DNA from: Solirubrobacteraceae bacterium
GTDB lineage: Bacteria > Actinomycetota > Thermoleophilia > Solirubrobacterales > Solirubrobacteraceae
DNA length: 64,000 nucleotides
Assembly (NCBI GenBank): GCA_034665005.1
Contig: JAXDGO010000048.1
Location: 38,863-102,862 of the forward strand
Reading direction: 5' to 3'
Both the position numbers and the translations under genes were made by a program. Below, piece after piece: positions 1 to 12,343 of the stretch. Below the pieces are notes generated by a model. The model was not told where the DNA came from. It did not search any database and was given only the letters and a program-made list of their open reading frames with translations. Within the stretch, counting starts at the first letter, position 1, and each line of letters opens with the position of its first letter.

Positions 1-21
1 GCCACGCTACGCTTCTCGGCG

Positions 22-384
22 ATGGGCCTCGCAGACATCTTCCAGAACACGGTCGACGCGCTCCCAGGAGACTGGACGGACCTCGAGTTCGACCTGAGGA
101 TCGCCGACGAGTCGCGCTACGTGGAAGCGGCGCTGTATCTCGCCACGTGCAATGCGCGGCCCTACTCCCATCACGACTGGCACTGGCGCCTGCTCGTCGC
201 GCACCAGTTCGGCCACGCCGCCGCAGCGCCCACCGTTCACGGCGCCCTGCGGCTGCTCGACGACGCCGGCATCGAGGGCGAGCTGGCGGTGCGCGAGATG
301 CGCAGCGGGCGGGTGGAGGTCACGCAGATGTGGGGCCGCCCGTACTCCGCTCGCGAGGAGTTTCGCCGCCTGCGGGCGCAGTAG
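22..384 (+). CDS. conserved hypothetical protein
   Basis: 120-aa ORF with GC-rich third positions; followed 2 nt later by the next gene. Confidence 0.75.
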   Translation: MGLADIFQNTVDALPGDWTDLEFDLRIADESRYVEAALYLATCNARPYSHHDWHWRLLVAHQFGHAAAAPTVHGALRLLDDAGIEGELAVREMRSGRVEVTQMWGRPYSAREEFRRLRAQ

Positions 385-386
385 CG

Positions 387-779
387 ATGGCGCGGGTGCT
401 GGCGCTCGTGCCCGACCTCCTGTTCGGGTCGCGCGTGCAGGGGAGCCTGATCGCCGCCGGCCATGACGTCGAGCTGATCGGCGGCGAGGCGGGACTGGTC
501 GAGCGGCTCGCCGACGCCGACGCGCCGCCCGCGGCGGTGCTGATCGTCGACCTGGCGGACGGGTCGTTCGACGGCGCGGGCATCGTGGAATCGCTCTCGC
601 GCGGCGAAGCCCTCGGGCAGACCCGCACCCTCGCCTTCTACGCGCACGTGGAGGGATCCGTTCGCGAGCGTGCCGAGCAGGCCGGGTTCGACCTCGTGGT
701 GCCCCGCTCGCGCATGGCTCGCGAGGGGGCTGAGCTCGTTACCCGCCTGGCCGCCGAGGGCACGCCGAGAGGCGACTAG
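387..779 (+). CDS. small receiver (CheY-like) fold protein
   Basis: ATG at 387 (MARVLALVPDLLFGSRV...VLIVDL...AGFDLVVPRS) within track ORF 147..779. Confidence 0.6.
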   Translation: MARVLALVPDLLFGSRVQGSLIAAGHDVELIGGEAGLVERLADADAPPAAVLIVDLADGSFDGAGIVESLSRGEALGQTRTLAFYAHVEGSVRERAEQAGFDLVVPRSRMAREGAELVTRLAAEGTPRGD

Positions 780-1279
780 GCCGCCGGCGCTGGCGCCCGC
801 TGCGCGCGGCGCACCAGCGGATGGCGCGGCGAGGCCCCGGGGCCGGGCTTGGCGGTCACGTCGCGTGCCGACAGGCGCGCGCCGCAGCTTGCGCAGATGC
901 GGTGCTCGTCGACCCCGCCGCCGCAGCCGCGGTGTTCGAGCAGCACGGGCGGCCCGCCGGGCCGTGACACGTGCTCGTCGCCCCACCTCATCAGCGCGAC
1001 GACCGTGGGCCACAGGTCGATGCCCTTCTCGGTGAGGAAGTACTCATGGCGCGGGGGGTGCTCCTGGTAGAGGCGCCTCTCGAGCACGCCGTTCTCGACG
1101 AGTCGCGTCAGCCTCGTCTGCAGCACGTTGCGCGCGATGTCGAGGTCGGACTGCATCTCATCGAAGCGGCGCACGCCCAGGAAGACCTCGCGCACGATCA
1201 GCAGCGACCAGCGCTCGCCGACCACCTCGAGGGCTGCGGCGATGTTGCACGTCTGGCCGTCGTAGTCGTTGCGGAGCAT
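776..1279 (-). CDS. HxlR-family winged-helix transcriptional regulator
   Basis: CNIAAALEVVGERWSLLIVRE...RRFDEMQ...HEYFLTEKG motifs. Confidence 0.9.
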   Translation of the reverse strand: MLRNDYDGQTCNIAAALEVVGERWSLLIVREVFLGVRRFDEMQSDLDIARNVLQTRLTRLVENGVLERRLYQEHPPRHEYFLTEKGIDLWPTVVALMRWGDEHVSRPGGPPVLLEHRGCGGGVDEHRICASCGARLSARDVTAKPGPGASPRHPLVRRAQRAPAPAA

Positions 1280-1304
1280 CTCTCCACATCATAGCCGCTC
1301 AGCA

Positions 1305-1350
1305 TTGCATCATGCAACCCACTCTGCTAGCGTCCGTTTCATGATGCAAC
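1305..1350. promoter_or_regulatory. paired palindromic operators between the HxlR and MFS genes
   Basis: TTGCAT-C-ATGCAA at 1305-1317 and GTTTCAT-G-ATGCAAC at 1336-1350. Confidence 0.6.
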
Positions 1351-2729
1351 GCAAGTGGCTCGTCACGCTGGTCGTCTGCGTCGGGGTGTTCATGTCGAGC
1401 CTCGACCTGTTCATCGTCAACATCGCCTTCCCGGCGATCGGCAGACACTTCGGTGGGGCGTCGCTCGCCTCGCTCTCATGGATCCTCAGCGGCTACGCGA
1501 TCGTGTTCGCGGCGCTTCTCGTGCCGGCCGGCAGATGGGCCGATGCGTTCGGCAGAAAGCGCGCATTCCTCCTGGGGCTCGGGATCTTCGTGGCCGCGAG
1601 CGCCGGATGCGCGGCGGCGCCATCGGTCGGGCTCCTGATCGCGGCCCGGGTGCTGCAGGCCGCCGGTGGCGCGCTGATGCTCCCCACCTCGCTGGGGCTG
1701 ATGCTGCCAGAGTTCGCGCCACACGAGCGCCACGCCGCGATCGGCGTCTGGGCCGCGACCGGTGGCACCGCGGCCGCGGCCGGGCCGCCGCTGGGAGGGC
1801 TGCTCGTGCAGGCCGACTGGCGGCTGGTGTTCCTCGTGAACGTGCCGGTCGGGCTGGCCGGGCTGCTGGTCGGCGCGCGCACGCTGCGCGAGCGCCGCGA
1901 GCTCGGCGCCCAGCGCCCCGACGTGCTCGGCGCCGTGGCGATCATCGTGGCGATCGGCGCCCTGGTGGTCGCGATCGTCCAGGGGCAGAGCTGGGGCTGG
2001 GGCTCCCCGGCCATCCTCGGGCTGCTCGCCGTCGCGGCGCTCCTGCTTCCGGCGATCTGGTGGCGCTCTGAGCGTCACACGGCGCCGGTGGTCGATCCGT
2101 CGATGCTGCGCGTGCGCAGCTTCGGCCTGGCGGTCGGAGCCTCTCTGCTGTTCTTCTGCGGATTCGGGGCGATGCTGCTCTCGGGGGTTCTCTTCCTCAC
2201 GACGGTGTGGCACGAGAGCGTCCTGCGCGCCGGGCTGATGCTGTTCCCCGGCCCCGCGATGGCGACCCTCTTCAGCGTCCCCTCGGCGCGGCTCGGCGCG
2301 CGCGTCGGATATCGCATCCCCGGGCTCGTCGGATCGGTGCTGTTCGCCGCCGGCTCGCTCTGGTACATCACGCAGACCGGCGATCACCCGCACTACGCCT
2401 CCGAGTACCTCCCCGGGATGCTGATCGGCGGAGCCGGTGTCGGCCTCGTGATCCCGACGCTCACCGGAGCCGGCGCTTCCTCGCTGGCGCCCGAGCGCTT
2501 CGCGACCGGCGCGGCCGTGCTGACGATGGGCCGCCAGATCGGCGCCGCGCTCGGCGTCGCGGTGCTCGTCGCGGTGCTGGGCACGCATGCGAGCAGCGCG
2601 GCCGACTTCCACACGGCGTGGCTGATCAGCGTGATCGGCGGGCTCGCGGCCGGCGCCGCGCTCACGGCCCTCGGGCCATCGGCGCTCAGCGCGGTGCGAT
2701 CCCCGGCGGCGGCGGAGGGAGCAGCATGA
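1341..2729 (+). CDS. DHA2 (EmrB/QacA-like) MFS transporter
   Basis: LDLFIVNIAFP, GRWADAFGRKR and WRLVFLVNVPVG motifs; many hydrophobic segments; start re-called to ATG 1341. Confidence 0.9.
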   Translation: MMQRKWLVTLVVCVGVFMSSLDLFIVNIAFPAIGRHFGGASLASLSWILSGYAIVFAALLVPAGRWADAFGRKRAFLLGLGIFVAASAGCAAAPSVGLLIAARVLQAAGGALMLPTSLGLMLPEFAPHERHAAIGVWAATGGTAAAAGPPLGGLLVQADWRLVFLVNVPVGLAGLLVGARTLRERRELGAQRPDVLGAVAIIVAIGALVVAIVQGQSWGWGSPAILGLLAVAALLLPAIWWRSERHTAPVVDPSMLRVRSFGLAVGASLLFFCGFGAMLLSGVLFLTTVWHESVLRAGLMLFPGPAMATLFSVPSARLGARVGYRIPGLVGSVLFAAGSLWYITQTGDHPHYASEYLPGMLIGGAGVGLVIPTLTGAGASSLAPERFATGAAVLTMGRQIGAALGVAVLVAVLGTHASSAADFHTAWLISVIGGLAAGAALTALGPSALSAVRSPAAAEGAA

Positions 2730-3226
2730 GCGCGACAGAGCAGCTGCGCACGCGCAGCTTCAGCTGGGAGGACCCCGCCGAGGTGGCCGCGGCGGGGGCG
2801 AGCCTGACGGGCCTCGATTACATGCAGGCGATCATCGACGGAGCGCTGCCGCCGCCGCCCATTGCGCAGCTGCTCGACTTCAACATGGTCGAGGTGGACC
2901 ACGGGCGCGCGCTGTTCGAGATGCGCCCGGCGGAGTGGATGTACAACCCGCTCGGCTCCGTCCACGGCGGCGTCGCCGCGACGATCCTCGACACGTGCAT
3001 GGGCTGCGCCGTGCACAGCACACTCGAGGCGGGCGTGGGGTTCACGACCGCGGACCTGCAGGTCCGCTACATCCGCGCGATGAGCGACACGACCGGCCGC
3101 GTGCTCGCCGAGGGCCGCGTCTTGCACCGCGGGCGGCGCACCGCGACCGCCGAGGGGCGGCTGTTCGCCGAGGACGGCGACGCCCTGATCGCGCACGCCA
3201 CGACCGGCTGCATGATCCTGCGCTAG
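2726..3226 (+). CDS. PaaI-family thioesterase (hotdog fold)
   Basis: NPLGSVHGGVAATILD motif; ATGA overlap with the MFS stop. Confidence 0.9.
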   Translation: MSATEQLRTRSFSWEDPAEVAAAGASLTGLDYMQAIIDGALPPPPIAQLLDFNMVEVDHGRALFEMRPAEWMYNPLGSVHGGVAATILDTCMGCAVHSTLEAGVGFTTADLQVRYIRAMSDTTGRVLAEGRVLHRGRRTATAEGRLFAEDGDALIAHATTGCMILR

Positions 3227-3248
3227 GCACAGGACGGCGCGCGGGCGC

Positions 3249-6121
<2,873 letters not shown>

Positions 6122-6281
6122 CTAGCAACGAGCGTACCGATGGAAGTGGGATCGAGGCGTAATCGGCGGGACGGCACGTGCGCCGAGCACATCCGCCGAT
6201 TTCGAGCCGTTCAGGGCTTCGTGACGTATGGACAGGGAACTCCTTGACCTCGGGTCGAGCGTCGCGCGCTTGGGGGCGACG

Positions 6282-7199
6282 TCACGGCACCAGAACGATC
6301 TTGCCGAGCGTGTGACGCTTTTCGAGCTGTTCATAGGCGTCGCGCACCCGCTCGAGCGGGTAGGCCGCGGCGATCGGCAGCTCGAGCTCGCCGCGCGCGA
6401 TCATGCGGGCCAGCTCCGCCAGCACCTCCGCGCTCGTGCCCGCGGCGCTGGCGTCGGTCTTCGCGCCGTGGCGTTGCGCGGCCTCATAGTCGATGATCGT
6501 GTCGATCCGCTCGGGCCTGACGCCCAGCTCGACCGCCAGGTCGACATAGCCACCGCCGAAGGTGTCGATGAACGCATCGATCCCCTCGGCCGCCTCCTCT
6601 CGCAGTCGTTGCGCGAGGCCCTCGCCGTAAGCGACAGGCACGACGTCGTGCGCCCGCAGCCATTCGTGGTGCGCATCGCTTGCGATGCCCAGGACACGAG
6701 CGCCCGCTCGGTGCGCGAGCTGCACCGCCAAGCAGCCCACGCCCCCGGCTGCCGCCGAGACGGCGACCGTCTCGCCGAGCTGCGGCGTTACACCGCGCAC
6801 CGCCGCCCAAGCCGTCGCCCCGGCGACGTACAGCGCACCCGCAACCTCCCACGGAACCTCCGCCGGTCGCGCCGTCAGGTGGTCGGCGGGCACCACGACA
6901 AGCTCGGCTTGGCTCGACCGCTCGTCGCTCCAGCCGATCACCTCCGCGTCCGGGCCCCAGCCCTCGACGCCGTTCGCGGCGTGCTCGACGACGCCCGCCA
7001 GGTCGCTGCCCTCGCCCGACGGGAACTTCGCCGGCCAGCGGTCCTGCAGCCGGCCCTCGCGGATCGCGACCTCGCCAGGGTTGACGCCCGCCGCCTTGAC
7101 GCGCACCAGCACCTGCCCGGGGGCGGGCGTCGGGGCCCCGACCTCGACCACCTCGAGAACGTCCGCTCCGCCATAGCGCTCGAACCTCACCGCGCGCAT
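6282..7199 (-). CDS. NADPH:quinone oxidoreductase-like MDR family protein
   Basis: MRAVRFERYGG, AAAGGVG and GKIVLVP motifs. Confidence 0.88.
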   Translation of the reverse strand: MRAVRFERYGGADVLEVVEVGAPTPAPGQVLVRVKAAGVNPGEVAIREGRLQDRWPAKFPSGEGSDLAGVVEHAANGVEGWGPDAEVIGWSDERSSQAELVVVPADHLTARPAEVPWEVAGALYVAGATAWAAVRGVTPQLGETVAVSAAAGGVGCLAVQLAHRAGARVLGIASDAHHEWLRAHDVVPVAYGEGLAQRLREEAAEGIDAFIDTFGGGYVDLAVELGVRPERIDTIIDYEAAQRHGAKTDASAAGTSAEVLAELARMIARGELELPIAAAYPLERVRDAYEQLEKRHTLGKIVLVP

Positions 7200-7268
7200 A
7201 CGTCCAGACTAGCCACGCCCCCGCACCGCTTCCACGGGGCCGAGCGCGAGGCGTCATAGACTCCAACC

Positions 7269-9488
7269 ATGCGCCGCAGGGTCACCTTCTCGCGCAACCT
7301 GACGCTGTCGCTGTCGCGGACCTGCCGCTGCTACTGCAAGTACTGCGCGTTCGCGACGCACGCGGCACACCTCTACTCGCCGGATGAAGTGCTCGAGATC
7401 CTCGATGGCGCGGCTCGCCGGCAGGTCAAGGAGCTGCTCGTGCTCACGGGCGAGCGGCCGGAGGTCAACCCGGAGGTGCGCGAACGGCTTCTCGCTTACG
7501 GGCATGAGGACTTCACGGCATATGTCGTGTGGGTGTGCGAGCGGGCGCTCGAGCGGGGCCTGTTGCCGCACACCAACCTGGGCGTGCTCTCCCGCGACGA
7601 CCTGGCGCGGCTGCGCGAGGTCACCGCGTCGCAGGGCCTGATGCTCGAGTCGGTGTCGGAGCGCCTGATGGACACCGTCCACGCCGGCTCGCCCACCAAG
7701 CACCCCGCGCGGCGCCTGGAGACGATCCGCGCGGCGGGCGAGCTGCGGATCCCGTTCACCAGCGGGATCCTCGTGGGCATCGGCGAGACCGAGCAGGAGC
7801 GGGTCCAGTCGCTGGAAGCGCTCGCCGCCGTCCACGCCGAGCACGGCCACATCCAGGAGGTGATCCTCCAGAACTTCGTCCCCCACCAGCGCTACTACGG
7901 GCGCGAGCCGGCGCAGATCGCCGACGCCGCCGCGCGCGAGTACTGGCGAACGGGAGTGGCCGACGGCCGCCCGCAGCTGCCGCTGCCCGACTGGGCCTCT
8001 CCGGTGAACATCGAGGACATGAAGCGGCTGATCGCGGAGACCCGCCGCCTGATGCCCGACGTGGGAATCCAGATCCCGCCGAACCTCGCCGACTGGTGGG
8101 GGGAGCTCGTCGCCGCCGGCGCCACCGACCTGGGCGGACTGAGCGCCAACGGCGACCACATCTCCCCGGAGCATCCGTTCCCGTCGCCGCACCAGGTGCG
8201 CAAGGAGCTGCAGCGAGACGGCTACGCGCTGACCGAGCGGCTCTGCGTCTACCCCCGCTACATCGACGCCGAGTGGGTGGCGCAGGGCGTGCTCGACGCG
8301 ATCAAGGTCAAGTACTGGAGCTTCATCCCGCGGCGCGGGTCCGGGCGCACCGAGCCGCCGGCGCCGATCCGGCCGAGCCTGCTCGCCGGTGCGGTGAAGC
8401 GCGGCAGGGAGGGTCTCGCCCTGACGGCCGATGAGCTCACGGCCATGTTCGCGGAGACGCGCCCGGAGGCGATCGAGGACATGCGCCAGGCCGCCGACGA
8501 GCTGCGCGCGGAGCTCGCCGGCGAGCAGGTCACGTTCGTCGTCAACCGCAACATCAACATCTCAAACGTCTGCACGGTGGGCTGTGCGTTCTGCGGCTTC
8601 GGGCAGGGCAAGCGCTCGCCCGACGCCTACGAGCACGACCAGGCCGACTTCGTGGGACGGATCGACGGGGCGGTCCAATACGGCGCCACGGAGCTGTGCA
8701 TCCAGTCGGGGATCCATCCGGACTGGGACCTCGACGACTACCTCGGCTGGCTGCGGCTGGCCAAGGCGACCGCGCCGCAGCTGCACCTGCACGCCTACAG
8801 CGCGATGGAGATCGCCCACATGTGCGACATCTCGCAGCTGCCGCCGGCCGAGGTGTTCGCGCAGCTGAAGGACGCGGGCCTCGGATCGACGCCGGGCACG
8901 GCCGCGGAGGTGCTGCACGACGGCGTGCGCGAACGCATCTCGCCGAACAAGCTGCCGGTCGCGCGCTGGGTGCAGATCATCCGTGCGAGCCACGAGGCCG
9001 GCCTGCGCTCGACCGCGACGGTGATGTTCGGGCACATCGAGGAGCCGTGGGAGCTAGCCGAGCACATGCGCGTGGTGCGCGAGCTGCAGGAAGCGACCGG
9101 CGGGATCACCGAGTTCGTGCCGCTCTCGTTCATCCCCTTCCAGACGCTGCTGGGGCGCACCCACGGGGTGGAGGAGATCTCGCGGGAGGAGAACCTCAAG
9201 CACACCGCGGTCTTCCGCCTGGCGCTCGGGCGCACGATTCCCAGCCTGCAGGCGTCGTGGGTGAAGATGGGGATCGACGCGGCGACCGAGGCGCTGCGCT
9301 GGGGTGTCAACGACCTCGGCGGGACGTTGATGGAGGAGTCGATCAGCCGTCTGGCCGGCAGCTACCACGGCACCAGGCTCGACCCCGACCAGCTGGTCGC
9401 GGCTGCGCACGCCGCGGGGCGGCCGGCGGCCGAGCGCACGACGCTCTACGAGATCAGGCGCCGCTACGAGCTGCCGCTGGCCGCCTGA
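7269..9488 (+). CDS. fbiC: FO synthase, fused CofG-CofH (two radical-SAM domains)
   Basis: two CxxxCxxC motifs (CRCYCKYC, CTVGCAFC); VNRNIN, QASWVKMG and NDLGGTLMEESI; next to cofC/D/E. Confidence 0.93.
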   Translation: MRRRVTFSRNLTLSLSRTCRCYCKYCAFATHAAHLYSPDEVLEILDGAARRQVKELLVLTGERPEVNPEVRERLLAYGHEDFTAYVVWVCERALERGLLPHTNLGVLSRDDLARLREVTASQGLMLESVSERLMDTVHAGSPTKHPARRLETIRAAGELRIPFTSGILVGIGETEQERVQSLEALAAVHAEHGHIQEVILQNFVPHQRYYGREPAQIADAAAREYWRTGVADGRPQLPLPDWASPVNIEDMKRLIAETRRLMPDVGIQIPPNLADWWGELVAAGATDLGGLSANGDHISPEHPFPSPHQVRKELQRDGYALTERLCVYPRYIDAEWVAQGVLDAIKVKYWSFIPRRGSGRTEPPAPIRPSLLAGAVKRGREGLALTADELTAMFAETRPEAIEDMRQAADELRAELAGEQVTFVVNRNINISNVCTVGCAFCGFGQGKRSPDAYEHDQADFVGRIDGAVQYGATELCIQSGIHPDWDLDDYLGWLRLAKATAPQLHLHAYSAMEIAHMCDISQLPPAEVFAQLKDAGLGSTPGTAAEVLHDGVRERISPNKLPVARWVQIIRASHEAGLRSTATVMFGHIEEPWELAEHMRVVRELQEATGGITEFVPLSFIPFQTLLGRTHGVEEISREENLKHTAVFRLALGRTIPSLQASWVKMGIDAATEALRWGVNDLGGTLMEESISRLAGSYHGTRLDPDQLVAAAHAAGRPAAERTTLYEIRRRYELPLAA

Positions 9489-10042
9489 GACTCGAGGAAG
9501 CGCTCTATCGCCTCGAGCATCATGCGGTTGTAGGCGACGCCGACCTGCAGGCTGGCCCGCACGCCGTCCCAGGCGGGATCGTCGCCGCTGACGGCCTCGA
9601 GATATCCCTCGAGCTCGGCCAGCTTCGCCCGGTGCCAGTCGCAGCGCACCCTGAAGATGGGAATCGGGTCGCTGCCGGCGAAGATCTTCAGCACGCCTTC
9701 CTCGCGCAGCTGCGGAGGCGTGAGCTCGGGGGAGGCCCTCCAGCGATCGAGCGCCCTGCGTCCCTCGTCGGTGAGCGAGTAGACCTTGCGCCGCCTGCCG
9801 CCGTCCTCCTGTTGCTCGGAGAGGAAGCCGCCCTCGGCGAGTCGCGTCGGCTCGGCGTAGAAGGTTGTGTGCGGGACCATCCAGAAGTTCGCGATCGACG
9901 ACTCGAGCGCCTGCTTGAGGTCGTAGGGGGTGGACGGGCCGAGCAGCTCGATCAGCGTGAGGACGGCGAACGACGTCCCCGTGAGGCGGGATCCGTTCTC
10001 GCTCATCGTCTGCATGTGGGGGGCTTGACGTTCATAGTTCAA
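9464..10042 (-). CDS. PadR-family transcriptional regulator
   Basis: TPYDLKQ...RRKVYSLTDEGRRAL; start may be the downstream Met at 10015 or 10006. Confidence 0.88.
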   Translation of the reverse strand: MNYERQAPHMQTMSENGSRLTGTSFAVLTLIELLGPSTPYDLKQALESSIANFWMVPHTTFYAEPTRLAEGGFLSEQQEDGGRRRKVYSLTDEGRRALDRWRASPELTPPQLREEGVLKIFAGSDPIPIFRVRCDWHRAKLAELEGYLEAVSGDDPAWDGVRASLQVGVAYNRMMLEAIERFLESQAASGSS

Positions 10043-10067
10043 TCTGTATAGTACGCACCGTACTATA
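10025..10067. promoter_or_regulatory. divergent promoter with a perfect 9-bp palindromic operator
   Basis: TTGACG-N16-TATAGT on the + strand; TATAGTACG-CAC-CGTACTATA at 10047-10067. Confidence 0.7.
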
Positions 10068-10122
10068 GCCGCGGCAACTGCTGATGCTGATCGACCAGGC
10101 GCAAGGCGCCGGAGGTGAGGAC

Positions 10123-11472
10123 ATGAGTCAGGCGAAAGTCAACGGCACGGTAACGACCGGCGAGGACTATGACGCGGTCGTCGTGGGGGCGAGCCTCGCC
10201 GGCTGCGCCTCGGCGATCCTCCTCGCTCGCGACGGAGCGCGCGTCGCGCTGGTCGAGCAGCGGCCCGACCAGGCCGCGTACAAGAAGATCTGCTCGCACT
10301 ACATCCAGTCCTCGGCGGTGGCGAGCCTCGAGCGCCTCGGCCTGCTCGAGCCGATGATGCAGGCTGGCGCCGTCCGCTCGCGCGTGCGGCTGAACACGCC
10401 GTGGGGCTGGATCGAGCCCCCCACCGAGAGCCTCGTCCCGAGCGGCGTGAACCTGCGCCGCGAGATCCTCGACCCGATGATCCGAGAGACGGCTGCGAAC
10501 ACCCCTGGCGTCGAGCTGATCCTCGGCCACACGGTGCACGAGCTGCTGCGCGATGGCGATGTCGTGTGCGGTGCGCTCGCGCGCAACACGGCCGGCGAGG
10601 AGCTGCGCCTGAAGAGCAGGCTGCTCGTCGGCGCCGACGGGCGCGGCTCGCGCATCGCCAAGCTCGCCGGTGTCGCCAGCAAGACCGTGCCGCACGGCCG
10701 CATCGCCTACGGAGGCTATTTCGAGGGCCCGCCGCCGCAGGGCTCGCCGGACGCTTCGTTCTGGCTGCTCGATCCCGACATGGCTGCTGCGTTCCCGACG
10801 GACAGCGGCCTCACGTTCTACGCGGCGATGCCCGTCAAGGAGCACGCGGGCGCGTTTCGCGAGGATCCGGGCAACGCGCTCGTCGCGCTGCTGGAGGGCC
10901 TGCCGGACGGTCCTCCGATCAGGGCTTCGCGCATGGTCCAGCCGCCGCAGGGCAAGCTCGACATGACCAACGTCGCCAACGAGCCGGTGGCTCCGGGCCT
11001 CGCGCTCGTGGGCGACGCGGCGCTGGCGATCGACCCGCTGTGGGGCGTCGGCTGCGGCTGGGCGCTGCAGTCGGCGGGCTGGCTCGCGGACAGCGTCTCG
11101 CCCGCTCTGCGCGGCTCCGAGCCGCTGCCGGCCGCGCTGAAGCGCTACCGCCGCAGGCACGCGCGCGCGCTGCGCGGGCACGCGGCGATGATCTACGACT
11201 ACGCCGGTGGCAGGAAGTTCAACGCCCCCGAGCGTCTGCTGTTCTCCACGGCGACCTACGATGACCGCATGGCCGCGGTGATGGAGGCGTTCGGGACCCG
11301 CAACATGGGGCCGCTGCAGATGATGATGCGCGGCATGCCGCTCGCCCTGCGCGCGCGGGCGCGCCGCTCGCTGTCCCGGCGCGGCGGGAGGCGCTCCGGC
11401 TCAACGCCGGTCGGCTCGGCGGTCGGCGACGGCCCGGTCGTGCAGGGCTCCTCCACGCGGGCCGCCCGATGA
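10123..11472 (+). CDS. FAD-dependent oxidoreductase/monooxygenase
   Basis: DAVVVGASLAG, LVGADG and LVGDAA...DPLWGVG flavoprotein motifs; GAGG before ATG 10123. Confidence 0.88.
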   Translation: MSQAKVNGTVTTGEDYDAVVVGASLAGCASAILLARDGARVALVEQRPDQAAYKKICSHYIQSSAVASLERLGLLEPMMQAGAVRSRVRLNTPWGWIEPPTESLVPSGVNLRREILDPMIRETAANTPGVELILGHTVHELLRDGDVVCGALARNTAGEELRLKSRLLVGADGRGSRIAKLAGVASKTVPHGRIAYGGYFEGPPPQGSPDASFWLLDPDMAAAFPTDSGLTFYAAMPVKEHAGAFREDPGNALVALLEGLPDGPPIRASRMVQPPQGKLDMTNVANEPVAPGLALVGDAALAIDPLWGVGCGWALQSAGWLADSVSPALRGSEPLPAALKRYRRRHARALRGHAAMIYDYAGGRKFNAPERLLFSTATYDDRMAAVMEAFGTRNMGPLQMMMRGMPLALRARARRSLSRRGGRRSGSTPVGSAVGDGPVVQGSSTRAAR

Positions 11473-12323
11473 GCAGCCTGCGCCACGGCCGCGTGGAGGT
11501 GCGCGGCGGCAGCTCGCCGATGATCGAAGCGGGTCCGCCGGATGCCCGCGAGGCCGTCGTGTTCGTGCACGGCAACCCCGGGTCCTCGAGCGACTGGACA
11601 GCGCTCGTGGAGGCGACGGGCGAGCTCGGCAGGGCGCTCGCCGTTGACATGCCGGGCTTCGGAAAGGCGGATGCGCCCGCCGGATTCGGGTACCAGGTGT
11701 CCTCCTATGCGGACTTCCTCGACGGCGCGCTGAAGCAGCTCGGCGTCGATCGGGCGCATCTCGTGCTGCACGACTTCGGCGGTCCGTTCGGCCTGCTGTG
11801 GGGCGTCCAGCATCCCCAGGCGTGGGCGAGCGTCGTGCTGATCAACATCGGCGTGATGCCTGGCTACACGTGGCATTCGATGGCCAAACGCTGGCGCACG
11901 CCCGTGCTCGGCGAGCTCGTGCAGGCCTGGATCCCCCGCTGGGGCTGGCGGCGCACGATGCAGAAATCGAGCCCGAGGGGACTGCCGGAGGACTTCGTCG
12001 ACAAGATGTACGACGACTACGACCGCGTCACACGCCAGACGGTGCTGAAGCTCTATCGGGCCACGCCCGATCCGGGCAAGACAGCCGAGGAGCTGGGCGG
12101 CGCGGTCGCGGAGATGCACAAGCCGGCGCTGGTCGTCTGGGGCGCCGCGGACCCCTTCATCGGCGTCCAGTTCGCGGAGCGCCAGCGGGAGTTCTTCGAC
12201 GTGCAGGAGATGCTGATCCTCGACGAGAGCGGCCACTGGCCCTTCCAGGACGACCCGCAGGCCGTCGCGGCCGCGGTCGTGCCGTTCCTGCGGCGGCAGC
12301 TGGGCGCCGGCGTGCCCGCGTAG
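11469..12323 (+). CDS. alpha/beta hydrolase (haloalkane dehalogenase/epoxide hydrolase-like)
   Basis: FVHGNP, HDFGG nucleophile elbow, SGHW. Confidence 0.88.
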   Translation: MSSLRHGRVEVRGGSSPMIEAGPPDAREAVVFVHGNPGSSSDWTALVEATGELGRALAVDMPGFGKADAPAGFGYQVSSYADFLDGALKQLGVDRAHLVLHDFGGPFGLLWGVQHPQAWASVVLINIGVMPGYTWHSMAKRWRTPVLGELVQAWIPRWGWRRTMQKSSPRGLPEDFVDKMYDDYDRVTRQTVLKLYRATPDPGKTAEELGGAVAEMHKPALVVWGAADPFIGVQFAERQREFFDVQEMLILDESGHWPFQDDPQAVAAAVVPFLRRQLGAGVPA

Positions 12324-12343
12324 CGCCGCGGCCTGAGGGAGGA

